Below are positions 39,868 to 48,640 of a DNA stretch of 64,000 bases, one piece after another; position 1 is the stretch's first letter, and each line of letters opens with the position of its first letter. The notes below the pieces were generated by a model. It was not told where the DNA came from. It was given only the letters and a program-made list of their open reading frames with translations, and made no database searches. The stretch is from Candidatus Gottesmanbacteria bacterium (GTDB taxonomy: Bacteria > Patescibacteriota > Microgenomatia > UBA10105 > UBA927). The position numbers were made by a program, and so were the translations under genes. Where the stretch lies: NCBI GenBank assembly GCA_963809665.1, contig CAWEKC010000001.1:222219-286218 (forward strand), written 5' to 3'.

Positions 39868-39964
39868 AGTACCTCCTGCTCGGAATTAACAGCAAGGACG
39901 AGTTCCGGACTATAACCGTTGCGGCACAGCGTCTGATTTACACAGACTTCCTCTATTCCTTACT
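39868..39964 (-). ncRNA. Compact (class II-like) cobalamin riboswitch with SD-proximal expression platform
   Basis: AGTAAGGA-ATA-GAGGAA-GTCTG-TGTAAAT-CAGAC-GCTGTGCCGCAACGGTTATAGTCCGGAACTC-G-TCCTTGCT. Shows GGAA, a T-loop hairpin, CCGCAACGG and an AGTCCGGA B12-box-like tract, in a B12 gene context. Confidence 0.85.
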
Positions 39965-40462
39965 TTTTGGAATACCGGACCAAACCGTTTCCCTGACTTT
40001 TCCTTGCATATTTATAACCCTTGCACACGTAAATAGCAAGTCAGACAAACGGTTGAGATATTTGATAATGAGAGCGTCCGCATGGTTTTTTACCGCTAAG
40101 CGCTCAACGCGGCGGCAGACGGCGCGTGCAACATGCATCGCCGCTGCGCGGTCTGTGCCACCGGGCAAAATGAAATGTGTAAGGCGCGGGAGCTTTTGGT
40201 CCATTTCATTAATCCACACCTCCATCTCTTTAATTCTCGGCTCAACGGTTTCCAGATTTCCTTTCCACCCGGCAAGAAAACTTTCAATCGTACATAAATC
40301 CATCTGGATTTTCAGTAAACGTTGATCCTTAAAAAATCCTAACCAGCTGTTCAGTTCATCCAAAGCGCCATACAGTTCAACACGCGGATCGGATTTGGAA
40401 ACACGTTTCCCGCCAAAAAAAGAGGTTGTGCCGTCATCACCTGTGCGGGTATAAATTGGCAT
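39953..40462 (-). CDS. pduO: ATP:cob(I)alamin adenosyltransferase, PduO type
   Basis: IYTRTGDDG, YGALDELNS, FILPGG, ARAVCRRVER, YLNRLSD. Confidence 0.95.
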   Translation of the reverse strand: MPIYTRTGDDGTTSFFGGKRVSKSDPRVELYGALDELNSWLGFFKDQRLLKIQMDLCTIESFLAGWKGNLETVEPRIKEMEVWINEMDQKLPRLTHFILPGGTDRAAAMHVARAVCRRVERLAVKNHADALIIKYLNRLSDLLFTCARVINMQGKVRETVWSGIPKSKE

Positions 40463-40472
40463 AAGCGGAATA

Positions 40473-42905
40473 TTAACACTCAGAGTAGCCGCAACTGTAG
40501 CACTTTTTGCAGGATTCTTCAAAAACCAAACTTGCTTCTCCGCACTTCGGACATAAATCAACCGTTACCATGCGTTTGGATGAGGCGACTGAGGCTTTTG
40601 ATTCTTCTGCCGCCGGTGCAAATACGGGAGTAGCCGGGACGGCAGATGTTAATTTTGCTACCGCCTCCTGAACCGTTGTGGTGCTTTGATGTCCGTTCCC
40701 GTTCCCGTTAGCTGTCAGCGGGGGCGCAACATCTACCCGGTGTTTCTGGAAAAATCCGAAATGTCGATCAATAACTTTTGCAATTGCATCGGGTAAACTC
40801 CGGACGCGGTTTTCTCCGAATCCTAAGGAACGCGCCCCGCCGATACCGATAAGCATCGAGGCAATTTTATGCGCCCGTTCCATCGGCGGAATGGGTGATG
40901 CCATGCGAAGCGTCAGGGAAATAATTTTCCCCAAGGCCTCCGCCATTGCTGTTACATCGCTGCCTGCTTTCCCGACACTGATAAACATTTCTACGGGTTG
41001 ATTACCTCCGTTGGTGTTAAGCGTCACATACGCGTCTCCGACCGGCGTCTCCACACGGTAGGTAGACCCGTGCAATACCATAGGCCGCGGTTTTACTTCC
41101 GGAGCCGCAAGCAACTGCTTCACTTCCTCAACTTTTTTCTCTTCCTTACGCGTCAGCACTCCTGCGCGGCTGCCCTCCCGCATATACGCGATACCTTTAC
41201 ACCCCTGTTCATATGCCAGCGTATACAGCCGTTTCACATCCTCAACCGTATGGGTGGCAGGGGCATTCACCGTTTTACTGATGGAGGCGTCCACATATTT
41301 TTGAATGGCCGCCTGCACGTAGACGTGGTCTTCCGGTGATAAATCATTGGCGGAGACAAACCACGCGGGGCGGTCTGTCCGGGTCGGCTCCCTCCCGTGG
41401 GTTTTTTTGAATTCTTCAAACCAGGCGTCATATAACGGGTGCCGTAATGTATGTTCACCAAGCCGGTCCCGCCGGATAAACTCAAATTCAAACACGGGTT
41501 CTATACCGCTTGAAACCCCGGCCATCAGTGACGTACTGCCTGTCGGCGCCTGCTGCAAAATAAGAGAATTGCGGATGCCATATTTTCTAATGCCTTTACG
41601 GACTGACTCCGGTAATTGTTTGATGAAGTATGCATCTAAATGTTTTTTAATCTGAATTTTGGGGAACGCACCTTTCTCCTTGGCAATTTCCACTGATGCT
41701 TCATATGCCGCATCCCTGATGGTTTTGTAAATTTTGTCAATCACGGGAAGGCTTTCTTTGCTTCCGTAGCGGAGTTTCATTTTAATAAGCGCATCACCCA
41801 ACCCCATGGTCCCCAAACCGATCCGCCGCTCCCCATGCTTTTGCACTTTACGGATTTCATCAAAGACATAAAAATCCGCGTCAATCACATCGTCCTGGAA
41901 CCGTACGCCGGTTTTGGCAATATCTGCCAATCTTACAAAATCCATTTCTCCCTTCTCATTGACAAGCGCTGCTAAATTTACCGAACAGAGGTTGCACACA
42001 CCCCAACTCGGAAGCCCTTCCTCGCCGCACGGATTGACGCAGTTCACATGCTCGTAATACGAATTATTAAACCACTTATTATACCGCTCCATGAACACTA
42101 CGCCCGGCTCGGCAGACTTCCACGCCGCGGTGGCAATAAGATCCCACAGTGCCCGGGCTTTGAGAGTTTTTTGAACAATGACCTTTTTTCCCAGTTTAAT
42201 CCAGTTGGGCAAATACCCGTCCCATTTCGTGTCGTACTCCGGATCCGTTTTATCGGGGAATACCAAATTCCAATCTTCGTCATTCCTCACCGCTTCCATA
42301 AACGCGTCCGAAACACATACCGAAAGATTCGCCCCGTTAATCCGGGACAGATCCTGTTTCACGGTGATAAACTCTTCGATATCCGGATGCCAGTCCCAGA
42401 GCATAAGCATAAGTGCCCCGCGCCGTGAGCCGCCCTGCTGGATAATATCTTTGGTGGCTACACTGAAAAGTTCCGCCCAATTACACGGACCGGAAGAAAA
42501 ACCGTTTACCTTGCTCACCCGTGCCCCGCGGGGCCGGAGACTCGAAAGGTTGATACCCACGCCGCCCCCGCGCGACATAATTTCCACCATCTGTGAAAGA
42601 GACTTGAGAATCCCGCCGCGTGAATCGTGCGGACTGGGTATGACAAAACAATTATAAAACGTTACCTTATATCCGGTCCCTGCTCCGGAAAGAATCCTGC
42701 CGCCCGGAACAAAAACAAAATCCTGCATGGCAGAATAGAATTTTTCTTCCCATGCCGCGCGGTCTTTTTTGTGTTCGGTCTGGGCTATCGCATGAGATAC
42801 CCGCCGCCACATTGCTTCCGGCGCGTCCTCAACCGGTTTCCCCGATTTGTCTTTGAGGGCATATCTGTCTAAAAATACAGTATTACGGATGCCGGTAAGT
42901 TCCAT
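40473..42905 (-). CDS. nrdJ: Adenosylcobalamin-dependent class II ribonucleotide reductase with C-terminal TSCPD-like and Zn-ribbon region
   Basis: PGGRIL, NCFV, QGGSRRGA, NPCGE, APTGS, SISKTVN, terminal CPKC...CYSCGYSEC; no nrdB adjacent. Confidence 0.93.
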   Translation of the reverse strand: MELTGIRNTVFLDRYALKDKSGKPVEDAPEAMWRRVSHAIAQTEHKKDRAAWEEKFYSAMQDFVFVPGGRILSGAGTGYKVTFYNCFVIPSPHDSRGGILKSLSQMVEIMSRGGGVGINLSSLRPRGARVSKVNGFSSGPCNWAELFSVATKDIIQQGGSRRGALMLMLWDWHPDIEEFITVKQDLSRINGANLSVCVSDAFMEAVRNDEDWNLVFPDKTDPEYDTKWDGYLPNWIKLGKKVIVQKTLKARALWDLIATAAWKSAEPGVVFMERYNKWFNNSYYEHVNCVNPCGEEGLPSWGVCNLCSVNLAALVNEKGEMDFVRLADIAKTGVRFQDDVIDADFYVFDEIRKVQKHGERRIGLGTMGLGDALIKMKLRYGSKESLPVIDKIYKTIRDAAYEASVEIAKEKGAFPKIQIKKHLDAYFIKQLPESVRKGIRKYGIRNSLILQQAPTGSTSLMAGVSSGIEPVFEFEFIRRDRLGEHTLRHPLYDAWFEEFKKTHGREPTRTDRPAWFVSANDLSPEDHVYVQAAIQKYVDASISKTVNAPATHTVEDVKRLYTLAYEQGCKGIAYMREGSRAGVLTRKEEKKVEEVKQLLAAPEVKPRPMVLHGSTYRVETPVGDAYVTLNTNGGNQPVEMFISVGKAGSDVTAMAEALGKIISLTLRMASPIPPMERAHKIASMLIGIGGARSLGFGENRVRSLPDAIAKVIDRHFGFFQKHRVDVAPPLTANGNGNGHQSTTTVQEAVAKLTSAVPATPVFAPAAEESKASVASSKRMVTVDLCPKCGEASLVFEESCKKCYSCGYSEC

Positions 42906-42911
42906 AAATTT

Positions 42912-43358
42912 TTATAACAATTTTTTTAATTCCTTATCAAAATCTTCTATATCAACGAATTGTCTGAATACGCTTGCAAACCGGATGTATGCAAGTTTGT
43001 CTAATTTTTTCAGCCGTCTGGCTACCAATTCTCCGATTTTTTTACTTGGCACTTCCGTCGTATCGCCTGCAATCAATTCCCTTTCTACCTCATCGACAAT
43101 CCTATCTACGTCTGCTGCTTTGATGGTCGTTTTTCCGCTTGCCCGCCAGATGCCGCGTTTCAGTTTTTCCCTGTCAAATGTTTCCCGCCGTTCATCTTTT
43201 TTAATGACGGTGATCGGTACCGATTCCACCCGCTCGTATGTCGTGAAGCGCTTCTCACACTTAGTGCACGTACGCCTGCGCCTCGTCACTGACAAGTCCT
43301 CATTGTCCCGAGTCTCTATGACATCTGTATTTTCAAACCCGCAATATGGACACTTCAT
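42912..43358 (-). CDS. nrdR: Transcriptional repressor NrdR
   Basis: MKCPYC, RRRRTCTKCEKRFTTYE, ATP cone, AYIRFASV. Confidence 0.98.
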   Translation of the reverse strand: MKCPYCGFENTDVIETRDNEDLSVTRRRRTCTKCEKRFTTYERVESVPITVIKKDERRETFDREKLKRGIWRASGKTTIKAADVDRIVDEVERELIAGDTTEVPSKKIGELVARRLKKLDKLAYIRFASVFRQFVDIEDFDKELKKLL

Positions 43359-43450
43359 TTTTGTATGTCGGACTTCTCAATATATACGTTTTTGTGAGGT
43401 TTTCAAGACCCAAATTTGCCTCTAGCTATATTTCACGAATGAAATATAAA

Positions 43451-43503
43451 ACGCTATCTGTGGTGCTTAAAATTATACTAAGACACTAAATGGAGGGCGT
43501 CAA
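43451..43503 (-). promoter_or_regulatory. nrdR-operon promoter flanked by two putative NrdR boxes
   Basis: TTGACG-17-TAGTAT(AAT) on the minus strand; box-like ACGCTATCTGTGGTG (43451) and ACACTAAATGGAGGG (43483), 32 bp apart. Confidence 0.6.
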
Positions 43504-43636
43504 CTAGCAACTTCTATATCAGAAATATGCAATATTTTTCTTTGAAGCTACTGGGGATTCAATGAGGAAAATGTACGGGAAATTATCGGGGTCATACGTA
43601 CCCTATACTTTCGGCGCAGACGTTTTGTGTTCAACG

Positions 43637-44188
43637 TTACTTCAATTTCGAGAGGTCTGCCTGAAGTTTCGTCACCAAATCCAAAGATCCGGTGAGGCCC
43701 TGCTTCAACGCAGCGTCGGTGGTAGTTTGTATCTGCATCGTGATCACCTCTGCGTGTTTAGCAAGCGATAAGGTCAGGTGGTCAATGATATATACCGGAA
43801 CACTTTGCCCCTGCGCTTTAAGGGCAAGAAGAGTTGCCACCGCATTGTTCATATACTTCTCCCCTTTGGAGATGGTTTGTTCTGAAAGAACTCCGTTCCC
43901 GCTGGCGCCCAGCATGATTCCCATTGCTACACGTTTGTCTCCCTGCAGAATGTAAAATTCTGCTTTCTTTACCGGATCCACAATCAGCTTGTCAAGAATC
44001 CAGTCCCTGACTTGTTTAAGAACATACAGCGGATTATTGGGCAACATGCCCGGATACGGGAGTTCGTACTTAACGGGTGCGGGTGTGGGCGTTGGTGACA
44101 AGCTTGGCTCACCGGCTGCTGTAGAGGTTGCGGCAAAAACCATGGCCGGAAAAAGAAGCGTTATAAAAAACAAAACAATATTTTTCAT
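43637..44188 (-). CDS. DUF5667-like exported helical protein
   Basis: Signal peptide; LPYPGMLP..PLY.LK motif. Confidence 0.7.
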   Translation of the reverse strand: MKNIVLFFITLLFPAMVFAATSTAAGEPSLSPTPTPAPVKYELPYPGMLPNNPLYVLKQVRDWILDKLIVDPVKKAEFYILQGDKRVAMGIMLGASGNGVLSEQTISKGEKYMNNAVATLLALKAQGQSVPVYIIDHLTLSLAKHAEVITMQIQTTTDAALKQGLTGSLDLVTKLQADLSKLK

Positions 44189-44715
44189 AGTGGTACCTCG
44201 GTCTTTAGTATATCATCAAGCGATATTCTTGCAAGTCTGAACACTTCTTGTTCCAAATCCTTTACTTTCGGGTAGCTTCTATCCAAAATGTTCTGCTCTT
44301 GCGCCGGCAGCTTTTCAGCATTCCACAGGGCAAACCGTTTATCAACGCCGACTATATCATACTTGACCATCTTATCCGCAAGAAATAAGAGCTTCTGTTC
44401 CCAGGTTTTGGGGGCGATTGCAGGATCTAAAATCGCGTGCAACGGATGGGTCACAACCACATCCGCCACCTCATGCATCCCCTCTTCCCGAAGGAGCCGT
44501 ACTGCGGTATCGGGGTGCCGTTCCCCGGGAAACTTTGGAACTGCTTTATCGATATCATGAAGAAGTGCGGCGGCATGTAGAAGCTTTTTATCTACCTGAA
44601 ATTTTGATGCAAAATACATCGCAACTCCTGCCACCAGTTTCACATGGATTCGTTTGGCATCGGGCAACGTGTACTTCTCCCATAATGCTAATACCTGACT
44701 TTTAGTCGGAATCAT
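44185..44715 (-). CDS. HD-domain phosphohydrolase
   Basis: H...AALLHDIDK, H, H, LADK. Confidence 0.88.
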   Translation of the reverse strand: MIPTKSQVLALWEKYTLPDAKRIHVKLVAGVAMYFASKFQVDKKLLHAAALLHDIDKAVPKFPGERHPDTAVRLLREEGMHEVADVVVTHPLHAILDPAIAPKTWEQKLLFLADKMVKYDIVGVDKRFALWNAEKLPAQEQNILDRSYPKVKDLEQEVFRLARISLDDILKTEVPL

Positions 44716-44739
44716 ACAATGTATTATAATATATCAGCA

Positions 44740-45930
44740 ATGATGAAGCCGGCAAAAAAGAACATATTTTCCAATGTTTTTTCCATCGGATTATTAAGTT
44801 TTTTCGGGGGCATCAGTCAGGATATTTTTGTCCCGGTACTTCCGTTGTATCTTGCGAATGTTTTGCATTTTGACAAAGCATTTATCGGTCTCACAGAAGG
44901 ATTGGTTACCAGTAGTGCGAGCATCTTTAGGATTGTTGCCGGCTATCTGTCGGATAAATTGAGGAAAAATAAACCCATTGTGTTTGCCGGATATTTCCTG
45001 TCCTTCGTCAGCCGCCCGCTCTTGGCCCTCACGACATCGGGAATCGGAGTTGCGGGCTTGCGGTTTCTGGACGGCGTCGGAAAAGGGGTGAAGGATTCTC
45101 CGAAAGATGCGCTCATTGCCGAGTCCACACAGGCCGCCTCCCGCGGAAAAGGTTTCGGTGTTGTTCGGGCACTGGATACACTCGGGTCAGTGGCCGGTCC
45201 CTTAATTCTTTTTGCCCTCTTATACGTATTAAAAAATAATACGCTCAAATATCATTACATCTTCTTTATTGCCGCCATTCCGCTGATCTTCACATTGAGC
45301 ATCTTATCTTTTTTTGTCAAAGAAGCTCCGGTGCAAAAACCGGAAGTATTTGAAAACGTGCAGAAATTACCAAAAAGGTTTTTTTTGTTTCTGGCCATCG
45401 TCCTTATATTTTCCCTGGGGAATTCATCGGACACGTTCCTCATTTTGAGATCCCAGAATTTGGGCGTCAGCCTTCTTGGTATACCTCTCGTCTACGCATT
45501 ATTTAACGCCGTCTATGCGGCGGCATCCATTCCTTTGGGGAGTCTCTCGGATAAAATCGGGCGGGAAAAAGTCATTTTCATCGGATGGTTTTTTTACGCG
45601 CTCTCCTATGCGGGATTCGGATTGGCGAATAAAAGCTATCAGGCCTGGCTGTTGTTTGCGCTGTACGGAATTTATTATGCAACGACGGAAGGTGTCGTTA
45701 AGGCATATATCGCCGACCAGGTGGCATCGGGACACAGAGGAAAAGCGTATGGATTATATAATTCATTGGTCGGGCTTATCACGCTGCCTGCAAGTTTTAT
45801 TGCCGGGTTTTTGTGGGATAAAATCTCCCCCGCCGCGCCGTTCTATTTTTCTGCGGGAGTTGCGCTCTTTGCAGTAGTATTACTTTTTATCTATACCCGT
45901 GTCGTTAACCCCGCGAAACAGGTCGGTTGA
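44740..45930 (+). CDS. MFS transporter
   Basis: GYLSDK, RFLDGVGKG..PKDALIA, GSLSDKIGR. Confidence 0.9.
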   Translation: MMKPAKKNIFSNVFSIGLLSFFGGISQDIFVPVLPLYLANVLHFDKAFIGLTEGLVTSSASIFRIVAGYLSDKLRKNKPIVFAGYFLSFVSRPLLALTTSGIGVAGLRFLDGVGKGVKDSPKDALIAESTQAASRGKGFGVVRALDTLGSVAGPLILFALLYVLKNNTLKYHYIFFIAAIPLIFTLSILSFFVKEAPVQKPEVFENVQKLPKRFFLFLAIVLIFSLGNSSDTFLILRSQNLGVSLLGIPLVYALFNAVYAAASIPLGSLSDKIGREKVIFIGWFFYALSYAGFGLANKSYQAWLLFALYGIYYATTEGVVKAYIADQVASGHRGKAYGLYNSLVGLITLPASFIAGFLWDKISPAAPFYFSAGVALFAVVLLFIYTRVVNPAKQVG

Positions 45931-46510
45931 CGCCGAAGTACCCGAGCGCCTGGAGAACGAGATCGAGGGTTTCCAGAGGTCCGTGCGAGTACGTGTTGAT
46001 AACGAGGTCGTAATATTTCGGATCCCAGAAATCCGTGACGCCGTACATCCGTTTCCATTTGGCTAAGTTTTTTTCTTCACGCTGGCGCAAATGCTGTTTT
46101 GCCTGATCTACGGAAATGGTATCGCGGTTGACTACCCGATCGATCCGCAGCGCCTCGTCACACATGAGAAGAACTTTCAGCACATGCGGCAACCCCCGCA
46201 TATTCCATCCTGCTATCCATGACTCTACTGCCACATGAATTTTAGGGTTGCTGAGTTTTTCGCGCATCGCTGCGTCTATCTGATGATCAACCTCATCCCC
46301 GTAATCCGTTGCAAAATGATGCGTGATGTCGCCGGCTTTATGTTTACCGGTTTTAATGGCAAATTGTCTCGCCCAATCTCCTCCGGAAAATATTTCCCAC
46401 CCGAGAGGTTCGACAATAGGTTTTAAATTTTTAAGAAGTGTCGAACGGCCTGCTCCCGGTCTTCCGGAAATTGCAATACTGGAATATTTAAGGATTTTTC
46501 CTTGACCCAT
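45905..46510 (-). CDS. Cytidylate-kinase-like nucleotide kinase (archaeal Cmk type)
   Basis: IAISGRPGAGRST P-loop, D.QID, YDLVINT. Confidence 0.8.
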   Translation of the reverse strand: MGQGKILKYSSIAISGRPGAGRSTLLKNLKPIVEPLGWEIFSGGDWARQFAIKTGKHKAGDITHHFATDYGDEVDHQIDAAMREKLSNPKIHVAVESWIAGWNMRGLPHVLKVLLMCDEALRIDRVVNRDTISVDQAKQHLRQREEKNLAKWKRMYGVTDFWDPKYYDLVINTYSHGPLETLDLVLQALGYFGVNRPVSRG

Positions 46511-46534
46511 GGACTGATTATAGTATAATTAACC

Positions 46535-47125
46535 ATGGCTATCCACTATCTCCCCGTCTCCTGGAAAAACTACCACATAACCGCACGAAAGCTTGCCACG
46601 AGCATCCTCACTCATAATAAATCAATTGATCAAATCGTAGCAATTTCCCGCGGAGGGCTGACGCTGGGACATCTTCTGGCTGATTTACTCCGGGTGCCCA
46701 TCTCGGTTATTTCCATCCAAAGTTACACGGATATTCAGACAAGCGGCGAAGCGGTATTAACCGCAAAACTACAAAACCCGATTAAACATAAACATATTCT
46801 TCTGGTGGATGACGTTTCGGACTCGGGAAAAACACTCCTCCGGGCAATACGGTATTTAACCCGAGCAGGCGCAAAAAAAGTTACCACTGTTACGATGTTT
46901 TTCAAACCGCGCTCGGTGTACCGGCCGGATTATTTTGCCCGGCAAACGACTAAATGGATTCTTTTCCCGTACGAGCCGACGGAGATGATCCTTCTTATTA
47001 CGAAACACATGCAGGAAACCGGTGCATCCAAAGCAGATATCCAGAAATTCCTGCAAAAACTTGACTATACCGAAGATCAAATCGGTTTTGTCCGGCAGCA
47101 CTATCCGGCCGACGCCAGCGTATGA
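46535..47125 (+). CDS. Purine phosphoribosyltransferase (Gpt/Xpt-like)
   Basis: AISRGG, LLVDDVSDSGKT, WILFPYE. Confidence 0.88.
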   Translation: MAIHYLPVSWKNYHITARKLATSILTHNKSIDQIVAISRGGLTLGHLLADLLRVPISVISIQSYTDIQTSGEAVLTAKLQNPIKHKHILLVDDVSDSGKTLLRAIRYLTRAGAKKVTTVTMFFKPRSVYRPDYFARQTTKWILFPYEPTEMILLITKHMQETGASKADIQKFLQKLDYTEDQIGFVRQHYPADASV

Positions 47126-48639
47126 TTCTGGTTATCGATTTCGGATCGCAGACCGCACACCTTATCGGCAGACGTCTGCGGCAACTCGGTGTTGATATTC
47201 AATACGTCACTCCCGACGAAGCTCTACATACCATCCGGAAAATAAAACCAAAAGGAATAATATTGTCCGGCGGACCGTCCAGCGTGTATGACAAAGGGGC
47301 TCCAGCAATCTCCGGAAAAATATTTTCTTTCCATATTCCCCTATTGGGCATTTGTTACGGGTGGCAACTCATGGCTTTAAAACTCGGCGGAATCGTAAAA
47401 AATACGGCAAAGGAGTATGGACTGCAAACGCTGTCTCTGGTATCGCCCAGAGGAATATTTGCCCTGCCGAAAACAGAATTCCGGGTCATCGTCTCACACG
47501 GCGATACCGTCACCAAACTTCCGGACGGATTTATCGTAGCGGGATCAACACAGAAAGTACTCCATACTGCCGTCGTAAACCAACAGGATAAATTATTCGG
47601 TGTTCAATTCCACCCCGAGGCGGATCATACCCAATACGGACAGGAACTTTTACGGAATTTTGCCGTTAACATATGCGGAGAAATTCCGCATCCGCTGCAA
47701 TTGAATCCCAAAAAAATGACTGCGGAAATTGCAGCGGCCGTCGGGGATAAAAAAGTCATCTGTGCAGTATCCGGCGGTGTAGATTCCACCGTCGCCGCAT
47801 TCCTTATCGGTAAGGCAATTGGAAAAAACCTCATCCCGGTATATGTTGAAAGCGGTTTAATGCGCCCCGATACCGATAAAAAGGTCCGGTATATTTTTAC
47901 AAAACTTATCCATGCGCGCCTTGTCATCGTACAGGCAGAAAAAAGATTTCTTGATGCCCTCCGGGGAATAACCGATCCCGAAACGAAACGCAAAACCGTC
48001 GGGAAATTATATGTTGATATATTTCAGGAGCTGGCAAAAAAACACAAAGGCGCAGCATTCCTCGGACAGGGAACAATTTATTCCGACGTCATAGAATCCA
48101 AGGGGAGCAAGCATGCTTCACATATTAAATCCCATCACAACGTCGGAGGTCTTCCCGCATCACTGCACATGAAACTTATCGAACCGCTTCGTCATTTATA
48201 TAAAGATGAAGTTCGGCAGATCGGCAGGCTTGCGGGATTACCGGATGATATAGTCAGCGTACATCCGTTCCCCGGTCCCGGATTTGCTATCCGCATCCGC
48301 GGGGAGGTTACCCAAAAACGCCTTGCACAGGTAAAACAGGCGGATGCTATCGTTCTTGAAGAAATTAAAAATGCGGGTTTATATGAAAACATGTTCCAAT
48401 GTTTTGCCGTCATGACAGGAGCGTACTCAACGGCAGTGAAAGGTGACGGCCGGGTATTTGCCGAAGTAATAGCCATTCGTGCATACGAATCGCGCGACGT
48501 AATGACGAGCCGGTGGGCGCGCCTTCCCTACGATGTGTTGGCGGCAATTTCATCGCGGATTGTCAACGAAGTGCCGGATGTTTCCCGTGTGGTGTACGAT
48601 ATCACCACCAAACCCCCTGCGACAATGGAATGGGAATAA
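47122..48639 (+). CDS. guaA: GMP synthase (glutamine-hydrolysing)
   Basis: DFGSQ, GICYG, QFHPE, SGGVDS, IKSHHNVGG, KPPATMEWE. Confidence 0.98.
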   Translation: MILVIDFGSQTAHLIGRRLRQLGVDIQYVTPDEALHTIRKIKPKGIILSGGPSSVYDKGAPAISGKIFSFHIPLLGICYGWQLMALKLGGIVKNTAKEYGLQTLSLVSPRGIFALPKTEFRVIVSHGDTVTKLPDGFIVAGSTQKVLHTAVVNQQDKLFGVQFHPEADHTQYGQELLRNFAVNICGEIPHPLQLNPKKMTAEIAAAVGDKKVICAVSGGVDSTVAAFLIGKAIGKNLIPVYVESGLMRPDTDKKVRYIFTKLIHARLVIVQAEKRFLDALRGITDPETKRKTVGKLYVDIFQELAKKHKGAAFLGQGTIYSDVIESKGSKHASHIKSHHNVGGLPASLHMKLIEPLRHLYKDEVRQIGRLAGLPDDIVSVHPFPGPGFAIRIRGEVTQKRLAQVKQADAIVLEEIKNAGLYENMFQCFAVMTGAYSTAVKGDGRVFAEVIAIRAYESRDVMTSRWARLPYDVLAAISSRIVNEVPDVSRVVYDITTKPPATMEWE

Positions 48640-48640
48640 A

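Noticed and set aside
42847-43425. 192 aa plus-strand ORF
   Set aside because: Antisense to the well-supported nrdR and nrdJ start
43504-43636. Possible ncRNA in the long intergenic gap
   Set aside because: No convincing hairpin, tRNA fold or known motif found by eye
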